Shown piece after piece: positions 40,301 to 52,433 of a stretch of DNA of 64,000 nt. The stretch comes from Ptychomitrium polyphyllum (taxonomy: Eukaryota), in the NCBI GenBank assembly GCA_973851085.1, contig OZ316775.1, forward strand, positions 15,686,001 to 15,750,000. The letters run 5' to 3'. The number at the start of each line of letters is the position of its first letter. Positions within the stretch are counted from its first letter, which is position 1. The notes below the pieces were generated by a model that made no database searches, was not told where the DNA came from, and saw only the letters and a program-made list of their open reading frames with translations. Made by a program: the position numbers and the translations under genes.

Positions 40301-43300
40301 TTGACTTTTTAAAATTTTGATTATAAAATTAGGTTCCACAGTGCTTCATTTATCATCCAAATATAGGGGGAAACTAGGAAGGGGCAAAATTGAAGGGTTC
40401 TACTTTAAAATGAAGCTGTATTTACCAGTTCTTAAGAAACTAAATTGGTATGTAATAGTGAGTCATTCAAATTGTGGATATTCATGTGCAGATTGTAGAT
40501 GGCAGGAGCTTCTTTGGTAGAAGAATATAAGAGTTCAACAATAGGAGTGGACCACTGGGATGGGGTGGGCTGAACAACCATGATAAATGAAAAGTGGGAG
40601 ACAACCCAACTGTATGGGTGAGGGGTGGTGATTGTTGGTTGCCTCTAAAAGCCTGCGCAATGGAAATGCTGGTGCCCTTGACAGTTGATTGAAATTTCAG
40701 ATCATAAAAGTTTGGAAAGGGGTTCTGTTGACCACAAGTTCTTAGTCAGGTAGTATTTGTTGCACTGATCTGCCAATGCAAGTCATTTGCAACAAGGTGG
40801 GTGGGCTGCCAGTGCTTTCAGTATCTTCTTAGTAAATGCTTGCCATGAGACAGGCTGATTTTAGAGGTTTTTCTACTTCTGCAGTGGCTACTTAATTCCA
40901 CATATAACATTCTTGGATGACCTCTTGAGATATTTTTTAATCTCAAAAGTACAATTCTGTTATTTAAACATGCTTAGTTGAAAATGAAGGGATTTATTTG
41001 TCAAGTCATCAAGTTAGATTCATGTCTTCATGCATTCATTGCAATATTCTTTCATTATCATTTATTATTAATTTTCTATTTTTTTAAGGTAAATGTGAGT
41101 TGCTTTATTAGCTAAAAATACCATGTATTTTAGAGTTGGTGAATGCTAAATGTAAAATTGGTTTGTTAATTTTATGCCCAATGTGCATGTGGTTTAGTGC
41201 ATCAACACGTAACAACACAAGTAGGCAACTTGATTATGCCTTTTTCTTCACAAGTGATTTTAAGGCCTCCTATGATTGGTGGGTGGAGATTCCATTTAAG
41301 AGAACAATGAAATGAATATATTGAAGAAACTCTTCACCATTAATTGCCCATGGGGTGTTATAGAGAAGGAAAGCTTTAGAATTGATTTCTATGTAAGATC
41401 TAATCATATATTTCATATATAAAACAAAAATTAATGGCAAAATAATCAAAATGAAAATCATCTCAATGCATACATTTACAAATTTTGGGATGGTGGTCGC
41501 ATGAAAACCAACCCTTCCTAAGATGCAAGTTGAACAGGGCCAGAAATGGGTTTTAAATAGGTAAGGAATAATGATGAGGGTAGATGTCAATGACATGACA
41601 TGGATCTGACATAAGGTTACACTGATACAATATCAAACAGTATTAACAATAATGAGGAATGTAAACCACATCACAATCAGAAGGACCAATCATCCAAGCA
41701 TGTTGCAAACTTTAAGGCCCAAATTTGATAGGACTTCTATTATTCAGAGTGAAAAGAAACAATATAGCAAACCAAAAATCTATTTGATTTTATCTGATTG
41801 CCATAGCAGTGGTAAATCTACAAAAAGGGACTAAGTTACAGTAGTACCAAGGAATGTTTCTGTGAGTCACAAGTTTGTGCAAAGCTGGCTTCAATTGACT
41901 CCTGAGTCCTTGCTATGCAGTGGGCCATACCATAACATAGAACAACAAGGTTCACGCTTGTTAGAGAGAGCTCCACATCTTGGGAATTGAGTATAGTGAT
42001 AGAAGGTAAAGAAGAAAACAACCGGTTATGGCATTCATGTTTTATTGTTCAATACAAAGATTGCAACAGTTTCCATGGTTTACCATAACATTGTACGATG
42101 GACTAGCAAGCGACTTCATGATTATTGGTTTTTCTTTCCTCTATGGTCTTAGCAAAATTTTCATTCCAAGAATTGTTAGTCCAATAAAATTTGACAACAT
42201 TAATTCAACCAATTTTTTTTTTATGAATTTGAAAATATTAATTCAAACGTTGACTATATTTCAATTTTTAAAATAAGCAAGGGAAAGTTAATTTAAGGAA
42301 TGATATTGGCAAAAATATAATGAATGATGTGGAAAAAAATTCAATGTATTAATTCATTACAGAGAAAATTTTAAAATTCATCAATTGAAATCAAGATGTC
42401 TTAAAACCAAATTTTAAATATATATTTGAATTTGAGAATGTTCCATATGTTTTTTCTTAAATTGTAAATAATCCATTTATGTCATAGGCCCTTTTAAATA
42501 CTTTGTATTTTCATGCAGTTTCCAAAGCTCACAGAGAAGTTTCTTTCCCAAGAAGTGAATACATATAATTTTAATCCTGTACTTCTGAAGATTTTTTTGT
42601 TATTGGAGATTTAAACTTGTAGTTCATTGCTTATGCATGTATAGAATGACACCACAGATTGTTAAATTTTAACTATATATACTTTTTAATTAATAAACAT
42701 AAGATGATGTTAAAGTGCAAAAACTATTAGTAAGATTTGAGCATATTTTGTATTTTTTTCTAATAATATTATTTTATTATATCAAAACAAGATGAACATT
42801 CATTCTAGTTATTAATAATGTTTCATCAACATACTAAGACCATATTCATGCCAAGATATAAATCAATGTTAAAAGAACGTTAAAATACAAGTGTGATTCA
42901 TATTAAATATTATGATATAACGAATGAGGTTGTCAACAGCTTAGAACTATACATGTTCAACAATAGTCAATACATAGTTTAATAATTATTGTAATCTATC
43001 AAGCTATTGTAATTGTCATAGCCTATAAATCAGTATGTGGTCTAATAAAATAAGTATCTACATGTCAAATAAGTCTTATTGATTAAAATAGGTGTTAATA
43101 TTTTTATACTAAAAAATTCATGCTATTGGACTATGAGCTACAATAGCTTAGAATTGAAGCTCATTTTTAGGCAATTATTTTTCTTGAGTCCTTGATAGTT
43201 GGATAGTAAATTCATGTGTATTTTTCATCAACAAACTTCTATCCTATATTCTTCATATTTTTTTACAATCAATACATTAACATTAAATTGTCATACATGT

Positions 43301-44400
43301 GTTTTATTTATATCAAATACATTCTCCACTTCAACCACAATAAGCTCAAATTCAAATAATAAGCACAAATTTTTTTTGCAAATGGCATATAAAAGTTAGA
43401 TACTTTTTAAGATGCATAGTAGTATATAAAAAATGAAATAGTCAAGGCACAATAGACACATAGAAAATATGCTAGTAATTGCCATCGGTTTGCTATATTG
43501 TTGTTGAATACAAAGACCATAGGTAGAACTATTTGAACTTTTTACTCTAAATGTTGATGCTAAAATCAACGTTTTCAATTCTTCCACTCATTTTGCTTCA
43601 ATTTCAAAATTAATGTTGCAACCCAACTTCCACATTCATTAAATTTTGCTACCCCTACTTTAATTTCTATTGTTTCATTATAAGTGCTTTTAGTGCTACT
43701 ACAAAGATTTAAATAACAACATTTAGATATGATGAAGTAATTACATTTTGTAAGGTATGGATGCATGCTTATATAAATTCAATCAAATACATGATTCAAC
43801 AGATTAAATAATTTTGAGGTTTTATAAAACAATTGTAAAACGAATTAAATAGCAAAAAATAATATTGTTCATTCATAAAGGTTTTAAAAATTAAATGGAG
43901 AGTGATAAACATTTTGTATCCAAATTTATAGGTCATTATGCTATTGTATATGATATAAATGAAAACAATACAAATGAAGATGATAGAATTGAGAAAACAA
44001 ATGTATTACATCAAAAAAATTCAAAGTCAATAAATTATTCTAAGTGCTTTAGTATTTGTAAATGTTGTGCAATCCACAAAAATATCAATTCTACGAAGCT
44101 TTATCCTTGAGGAAGATTCTACAAAAGTGCCAAATATTATTAATATAAATTCAAAGGGCATTATTGGAAATGAAAGAAGGAAGAAGTTTGAGTCTTCAAA
44201 AAGCAAAATTGCCTAAATATTGATTTTGAAAAAGCAAATATAATTATTTTAGAATACTGAATGTTGCAGAGCTTAAAATAATGAAGGACCAAAAAGATTT
44301 GCAATAGTTTACAATATGCTTGAATATGCTAAATCAAATGTAATAGACTACATTGAGTTTGAAAGGTAACAAGTCTTGAATCCTTTTTTGCAATCATTGT

Positions 44401-44463
44401 ATGTTGTTATATTTGTTATAGCATGTTGTTATATTTGTTATAGCATGTTGTTATATTTGTTAT
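44401..44463. repeat. 22-bp tandem repeat, about 2.9 copies
   Basis: ATGTTGTTATATTTGTTATAGC at 44401, 44423 and partial at 44445. Confidence 0.9.
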
Positions 44464-44670
44464 TGATTAATTTGATGAATCTACCAAGGGCCTCTTCATA
44501 GTTCTTTCAAAGATTACTTAGCATTTGATAAAATAATATAGAATTTGATAGATCATGCTACAAAATTTATAATTTAGAATAAAAATGAAACTTCTGGTTT
44601 TTTAATATAAAAACATACATATTATACATGAATATTTTACAAAGTCAATCATACACCTTAGCAACATTAT

Positions 44671-45816
44671 TGTTGCGCACCTCGCCCTGAGGAGTGCCCG
44701 CAACACTAAGGGCACAAGGGGGAACTCCAAAGTGACGTCTGGGACTTGTGGCGCCGATAGTGAGGAGAACCAAGTGGGCCTAACATGGAAAGGACCCCTA
44801 GGGGGAGAAACACCCTTGCCCATGTAGATCAAGGGCTACGAGGGATAAATCGTGGGCATTAAAGGAATCATGAAGAGCTGATTCTAGAATGCTAAGGATT
44901 GCCCAAATCGGACATGGGAGCTAAAAGTTATGGCACCCCAAAGTTGGGGTTGCCAAGGGGCTGTTCTGGAGTGTGGCAGCCCTACACAGTGACTGTGCTG
45001 GAGTGGGATAGTCCAGGGAGGGACTCCCCGGGAGTCCCGAACCTTGGGAGAGGCATATCTCCCACAATACTAACTCAAATTGGACGTTTGAGGAGTCTAT
45101 CGGCATCTACGCAAAGAGTAAATGACGATAAAGTGGTCGCTCAATACATTTGGGCACCAAATGAGGAAGATATGGCGCCCTGAAGGTCCGCTGGGAGTCC
45201 CGGAGGCTTCCAGCGGCTAAGTCCCAAGGGGGATCGGGTGGTCTTCCAAAACTCTAGGTGTGTCGGGGTTCAGCTACCTCCAGAGGGCCAGGGGGCCTGC
45301 CGAATCCCATAGAGAGTACTATAAGGGAGGGCTGGTCCCCCTCCCCATTCCCCTAGTGTCCCGGTAGAGACCAAGGGTGAGTCCCGGTTGGTGGAGCTAG
45401 TGTTGGGGCTTCACCACGGGAACTCCCACACCATTGTGAGCCGGTGGACGGCCGGTTTCACAAAGGGAACTAGCACATTCAAAAGGATACGCTTGTGACC
45501 ACTAAATTGGGGTGGTGTCTTCACGCCGGCACCATGATGGCCCGAGGTGATCTTAGGATCACTTGGGCATCATGCGTGGTGGTGAGGAGACACCACTAAG
45601 TGCGGTTAGGCCGTGTGGAATGGGAGTAACACCAAGTGAGGCCTTGGACATGAATGGAAGTCCGCACTTAACCATTGGCTACTAATAAATTGGGTGTCCT
45701 AAGAGAAATGGTAGAAAGACTTGGAAAGTGAGAATGGGGGTTAACCATGTGCATGTGGGGGTGTACAGGGTTGACGTGCGTGACGCTTGCTAAGGTGCAT
45801 TGCAAGGGTTGCGACA
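44671..45816 (+). repeat. 5' LTR
   Basis: TGTTGC...GCGACA; TATAA at 45320-45324; matches the 3' LTR at offset 6617 with three differences seen by eye. Confidence 0.97.
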
Positions 45817-45818
45817 TT

Positions 45819-45830
45819 TGGTATCAGAGC
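45819..45830 (+). other. Primer-binding site, initiator tRNA-Met
   Basis: TGGTATCAGAGC two bases after the 5' LTR; complementary to the 3' end of plant tRNA-iMet. Confidence 0.93.
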
Positions 45831-45868
45831 AGGCTTTGAGTATCCAAGTGCTACGGTGCGAGGAGGCG

Positions 45869-48800
45869 ATGGGTAAAAAGAAAGCCGGTGATGGCGGTGA
45901 GCCCGGGGCCTCTAAGCGACCACGCACGAGGGTGAACAAAGACCCCGATCCAATTAGTGAGGCTCCATCTTTTGATTCCAATGAGCAAGGGAATGACATT
46001 GGAGTCACCGAAGAAGTTGAGGAAACTCAACAAGACGAAGCGTTGGAGGGTGGAGAATACTCAGGAGTTAGGATTCCTGAGCCACCTAAGGGCCTAGAGA
46101 GTCAGGACCCTGACTTAAGTTTTTGTATGAAAATGCTCAAGTTCATGGACGGTGTGAATCAAGAACTCAAGCGTGGCAAAGAAGAAAGGACTCGTCAAGA
46201 GAGGTTGATTGAGCACTTGATGGCACAAGGTTCCAGGTCCTCATCTTCGACCAAGAAGTTGGCCAAAGTGAACATGCCCAGCACTTTTTACGGGCTAGGC
46301 AAGGCCAGGAAGGTGAAGGAGTTTCTTTTGGAAATGGACAACTATTATAATGTTCAAAAGCCGGAGGAAGTGGACAAAGTGTCAATTGCGGTGACCTTTT
46401 TGAAAGACCATGCTCTTCAATGGTGGACAAGTAAAAATGAGCAAGAGCCGGAGTTGGTGGCAACTTTGTCTTGGGTCGGTTTTAAAGAGATTTTGAGTGA
46501 ACGCTTTACTCCGGAATACCAAGAGTTGAGGGAGGGCATGAACTTGGTGCAAATGAGGCACACCGGGTTGCTCAAGACTTATGTGCGAGATTTCAACGCC
46601 CAAATGAATGCCACACTCAAAATGGATGAGTTTTCAAAGAAATGCATCTTTTTGGGTGGGCTTCAAAAGTGGGTGGTGGACGCCTCGTTCAAGTTCCCAA
46701 AGCTTCCGGAGGACGTGGCGGAAATCATTAAGATCGCGGAAAGAATTGAAGCCGACGGTCCCGAAAGAAAATCAAGTGGTCCCTCTCAACAAAGTGGATT
46801 GAGCCGAAATGTATCTCGCAACGAAGAACGTAAGAAATTTGGCTTTGGAAACAAACACAAGGGACAAGTAGATGGAAGGGCCTACAACAAAGTGGACCAT
46901 CATGAGAGAAAACCATTCAAATTGGAAGATAAGAGTGCTGAGGTGAAGCACAAGCGTTGCCACGGGTGTGGCAAGATTGGTCACTTCATTGCGGAGTGCC
47001 TCGATAAAAAGGTGAGTACCAAAGCTTGTCACACTTGTGTTGTGGATCACATTTTAGAAGGTGGATTTATGGCCAAGGCTTGTAGCCTTAAGCCAAGGTC
47101 GAGTCTCTTATACCTTGAGGCCCAAATAAATGGCAAAATTGTTTCATATTTGATTGACACTGGGGCAACGCACTCCTTCTTGAGTTCCAAGCTAGCAAGG
47201 GAGTTGGGCTTGTTGGCTCAAAAAGCTAGCAAGCCCATCAACGTGCGATTTGCAAAAGGCAAACCGTACAAGACGAAGAAGGTGGTGTTGGATGTGGCCT
47301 TAAGTAGTGGAACATTGGAGTTGAAGGAAAGCTTTACACTATGTGAGATGGATGAGGTAGACCTCATTTTAGGTGATACCTTTTTTGAAACTCATGTGGT
47401 GGATGTGAAGCGAAAGCCAGCACGGTTAGTAGTGCGCCGTGGTGGAAAGGAGACAATATTGAAGTTGACTAGGACTCCTATGGTTGCGGGAGGCAAGTTG
47501 AACTTAGTCTCCTTAGAACAACTAGAGAATAATCAATTTATGGTTGTGATGCGAATGGAGCAAGAAGAGGGGAATAGGCCAAGGGCCAAGGAGGTTAGGA
47601 CTATTCCCAAGTGCATTCAAAATGTACTAAGTGGTTACAAGGATGTGCTCACCAATGAGCTGCCCGCAGAGTTACCGCCAAAAAGAGAAGTGGATCACAA
47701 AATTGAAGTGATACCGGGAACGGAACCCCCTTCTAAGGCTCCATACCGGTTGAACCAAAAAGAGCTAGAGGAGTTGAAGAAGCAATTGAATGACTTGTTG
47801 GAAAGAGGCTATGTTAGGCCAAGTAAGTCGCCATATGGAGCACCGGTCCTCTTCGTAGACAAAAAGGATGGCAAGCTCCGCATGTGTGTTGATTATAGAG
47901 CCTTGAATAAAGCCACCATCAAGAACAACTATCCTTTGCCTCGGATTGATGACCTCTTTGATAGATTGGCGGGAGCTAAATACTATAGTCGGATAGACTT
48001 GAAGTCGGGCTACTATCAAATCCGCATTGCGGATGAAGATGTGCCAAAGACCACATGCCGCACTAGGTATGGGTCCTATGAATTTTTGGTGATGCCATTC
48101 GGATTGTGTAATGCTCCTTCGACGTTCACGACCCTCATGAATACCATCTTTTGAGAAGAGATGGATGACTTTGTCATTGTTTATATTGATGACATCTTGG
48201 TGTACTCCAAGTCGGCGGAAGAACATGCAAGACACCTTGAAGTGGGGCTTCAAAAACTTAGGGACCACAAACTTTATGCCAACGGAGAAAAGAGTGAGTT
48301 TGCTCAACTTGAGATTGAATTCTTGGGCCATATAGTGACGGATGATGGAATCAAGCCGGACATAAGGAAGATAAAGGCAATTAGAGAGTGGAAACAACCT
48401 TCTACACAAAAGGGGCTGAGATCATTTCTCGGCCTAGCAAATTATTATAGGAGGTTCATACGCAACTTCTCCAAAATTGCTAGACCTTTGCCCGACTTGT
48501 TGAAGAAAGGAGCTAGCCAAGTATGGGATGGATTTTGTCACCAAGCTTTTCAAGAACTCAAGGATAAGTTGTCACAACCGCCGGTATTGAAGTTTCCCAA
48601 GTTCGAAAAGCCCTTTGAGGTCTACACGGATGCAAGTGACTTTGCCATTGGCGGAGTACTCATGCAAGAAGGCATGCCAATTGCCCATGAGAACAAAAAG
48701 TTTGATGGGTGCCAGAAGAGGTGGCCCACGCACGAGAAAGAACCCTTTGCCGTAGTGCATTGTTTGAAAACATGGCGGCACTACTTGGGCCTACATAAAA

Positions 48801-50497
48801 CCAAAGTCTACACGGACAATGTGTCCTTGAAGTACTTTGAGTCGCAGGCACAAATGAGTGCAAAACAATTGAGGTGGCATGACACCTTAGCATTCATGAA
48901 TGTGGATTTGATCCACAAGTCGGGGCGTGACAATGTAGTGCCGGATGCTCTAAGTAGGCGGGAGGAGTTGCAAGCGATGGGCACAATTCAAGTCCTGCGA
49001 GTAATGTACAAGAAAGAAGGCAATTTGGAAAGGAAGATAAGAGAGGGGTACATGAAGGACTCCGAAGTACAAAGGCTTCTCGGCGAGCTTAAGAAGGGTA
49101 AGAAACTTAAGGAAATTAAGTTGGAGAAGGGATTGCTCAAGTACAAACAAAGTTGGGTGTATGTGCCTCAAGGAAAACTACGGTTGTTGGTTTTGAAAGA
49201 AGAACACGATAGTCCCATAGCCGGCCATAGAGGGGAAAAAACCACCATAGCGGCGGTGTCAAGAAGGTACTATTGGCCGGGCATGAAAGCGGACATCACC
49301 GACTTTGTGAAAACTTGTGTGAAGTGCCAGCTGAATAGAGCTTCTTATCAAAAGCAAGCCGGTCTATTACAACCTTTGCCAATTCCGCCGGGTCCATGGC
49401 ATAGCGTGTCCATGGACTTCATCACAAGTCTTTCGGATTTGCACGGGCATGATGCCATGTTTGTGATGGTGGATTGCTTTAGCAAGTTGGCGCACATGGT
49501 GCCCATTAGAGGAACCGTAACTCCACATAAGACCGCAAAGCTATTCCTCGATGCATGGTGGAAACACCACGGGTTGCCGAGAGTGATTGTGTCGAACCGA
49601 GATCCAAAATTCACTAGTGCTTTTTAGAAACATTTCTTTAGGAAAGTTGGAACCAAATTGACTTTTAGCACTGCCTTCCATCTTTAAATGGATGGGCAAA
49701 CGGAACGAGTGAACGGAGTCTTGAACCAATATTTGAGGAACTTTGTGAGTGCGGACCAGTGCGATTGGGTGGAATATGTGAGTCTTGCGGAGTTCAGTTA
49801 CAATGCGGCCAACTATTTGGCGACAAAGCAGTCGCCATTTAAGGTGGCCTATGGAGTGGAGCCACTCTAGCCTGCCGACTTAGCTCTCGAAGGTGCACAT
49901 TCAACACTAGAGTTTAACCAAGATGGTGAGGACTTGGCCAAAAAGCAAGAACAGATGTTGGAGAAGACTAAGCTTTTGTTGAAAAATGCACAAAAGCGGT
50001 ACGAGAAACAAGTCAATGCCGGGAGACGTGAAGTGGAGTATGAAGTAGGCCAAAAGGTATTGTTGAATGTGAAGAACTTTAGCTTGCCCAAAGGCCTCAC
50101 TCCAAAGTTCATGTCCAAGTTTGCGGGGCCGTTTTCCATTGTGGAGCGGATGTTTAAAGACGTGTACAAGTTGGAGCTACCACCCGAAATCAAAGTGCAC
50201 CCAACATTTCATGTCTCACTCCTCAAGCCATTTAAAAAAGATACCTTGTGGCCCAATCACAAACAAGTGATTCGGCCACCGCCGGAATTGGTAGGCGACC
50301 ACTTGGAATACGAAGTGGAAGGAATTATCAAGTGTAGGCACCACAAGAAAGTAGGAAAAGAGTATTTGGTAAAGTGGAGAGGGTACCATGAGAAGGAAGC
50401 AACTTGGGTAGCAGCCAAGGACTTGAGAAATGCCAATGAGGTGGTAGAACGCTTTGAAAGGGATAGGAACTCCAACAAAAGACAACGTCGGCATTGA
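45869..50497 (+). pseudogene. Single-frame gag-pol polyprotein with four premature stops
   Basis: All fragments lie in one frame: gag with [14 protein letters not shown] zinc knuckle, protease [12 protein letters not shown] ([23 protein letters not shown]), RNase H (TDAS), integrase (HHCC, MDF, VSNRD, GQTER, GPF) and chromodomain (EYEVEGII...YLVKWRGY...ATW). Stops at 48152, 49625, 49685 and 49868. Confidence 0.95.
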
Positions 50498-51274
50498 TGA
50501 GGACATCAATCTCTTTAAGTAGGGGAAGAGTGGCTTGTAGTTATAACTTCTTCACATCATGTATTGGTTCTTTGACTTATGGCAATAAAGTTCATGTTTT
50601 GTGTGTGCAAAGAGAAGAGTATAAGATGACGTCCTAGTCTTGTGCTTGTGCTAAGTTGGTAGAAGAAGGGGAATAGACATGTGAAACCAAGTTGGGAAGG
50701 CCGAGTAATGGGGACCAAGGCTTGGAGGAGGAATGGTTAAAACCATAAAACCTCCTCGCCTCGGGCTTGTTCGAGCGAGGACAAGGTAATGGCGCGTGCT
50801 CATAAAAGCGCCACTCCTACAAACTAACAAAAGTTAGTGCATGGGAGTCATGAACCCATGTCTCAATAGAGATAGTGGGATCCAGGTTGGGCGGAACTTG
50901 GCATTACCCCTGTGCAATCGAGTCGTGGAATAAAAGCCACCTTGGATTTGCAACCAAGACAACTTGGTGGAGCATTGAGGTCCAGCCTAGTCAAAAAGGA
51001 AGAGTTAGGGAAGTGTAGCCTAACTAGGGAGTGTATCCCAAGAGGGTCTCAAAGTAGGTAGGTCTAGAATAGTTTAGGGCCCCAAAGATTTTTGTCTAGG
51101 GTGCCTAAACAGACCACCTCCTAAACGACACCTTTGAGACATTGCCAAAGACTTATGAGTGCATTGTGGGGGTCGCACCCTGGATGAAACACCATGCTGC
51201 ACCACTAGAGGATGGCAACCTTGGATTTGGTGTGCCGACTACAAGTAAAGTTGATGAGGGCATCGACTCCATTT

Positions 51275-51287
51275 GGGTGGAGGTGAG
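51275..51287 (+). other. Polypurine tract
   Basis: GGGTGGAGGTGAG immediately before the TG of the 3' LTR. Confidence 0.8.
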
Positions 51288-52433
51288 TGTTGCGCACTTC
51301 GCCCTGAGGAGTGCCCGCAACACTAAGGGCACAAGGGGGAACTCCGAAGTGACGTCTGGGACTTGTGGCGCCGATAGTGAGGAGAACCAAGTGGGCCTAA
51401 CATGGAAAGGACCCCTAGGGGGAGAAACACCCTTGCCCATGTAGATCAAGGGCTACGAGGGATAAATCGTGGGCATTAAAGGAATCATGAAGAGCTGATT
51501 CTAGAATGCTAAGGATTGCCCAAATCGGACATGGGAGCTAAAAGTTATGGCACCCCAAAGTTGGGGTTGCCAAGGGGCTGTTCTGGAGTGTGGCAGCCCT
51601 ACACAGTGACTGTGCTGGAGTGGGATAGTCCAGGGAGGGACTCCCCGGGAGTCCCGAACCTTGGGAGAGGCATATCTCCCACAATACTAACTCAAATTGG
51701 ACGTTTGAGGAGTCTATCGGCATCTACGCAAAGAGTAAATGACGATAAAGTGGTCGCTCAATACATTTGGGCACCAAATGAGGAAGATATGGCGCCCTGA
51801 AGGTCCGCTGGGAGTCCCGGAGGCTTCCAGCGGCTAAGTCCCAAGGGGGATCGGGTGGTCTTCCAAAACTCTAGGTGTGTCGGGGTTCAGCTACCTCCAG
51901 AGGGCCAGGGGGCCTGCCGAATCCCATAGAGAGTACTATAAGGGAGGGCTGGTCCCCCTCCCCATTCCCCTAGTGTCCCGGTAGAGACCAAGGGTGAGTC
52001 CCGGTTGGTGGAGCTAGTGTTGGGGCTTCACCACGGGAACTCCCACACCATTGTGAGCCGGTGGACGGCCGGTTTCACAAAGGGAACTAGCACATTCAAA
52101 AGGATACGCTTGTGACCACTAAATTGGGGTGGTGTCTTCACGCCGGCACCATGATGGCCCGAGGTGATCTTAGGATCACTTGGGCATCATGCGTGGTGGT
52201 GAGGAGACACCACTAAGTGCGGTTAGGCCGTGTGGAATGGGAGTAACACCAAGTGAGGCCTTGGACATGAATGGAAGTCCGCACTTAACCATTGGCTACT
52301 AATAAATTGGGTGTCCTAAGAGAAATGGTAGAAAGACTTGGAAAGTGAGAATGGGGGTTAACCATGTGCATGTGGGGGTGTACAGGGTTGACGTGCGTGA
52401 CGCTTGCTAAGGTGCATTGCAAGGGTTGCAACA
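51288..52433 (+). repeat. 3' LTR
   Basis: TGTTGC...GCAACA followed by TSD ATTAT. Confidence 0.97.

Larger units (their letters stand above)
44671..52433 (+). mobile_element. Full-length Ty3/Gypsy LTR retrotransposon, chromovirus
   Basis: Two 1146-bp TG...CA LTRs, 5-bp TSD ATTAT (44666-44670 and 52434-52438), PBS, PPT, domain order gag-PR-RT-RH-INT-chromodomain. Confidence 0.98.

Noticed and set aside
44401..44463. CRISPR-like array
   Set aside because: Contiguous tandem repeat with no unique spacers, in a eukaryotic context with no cas genes.
44899..45183. 94-aa ORF present twice (also 51516-51800)
   Set aside because: Duplicated only because it lies in the LTR; TTG start and no known domain.
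48152..48154. Programmed stop-codon readthrough separating gag and pol
   Set aside because: The TGA falls inside RT between MPFGL and YIDD and is best explained as a CGA>TGA mutation; three more stops follow.
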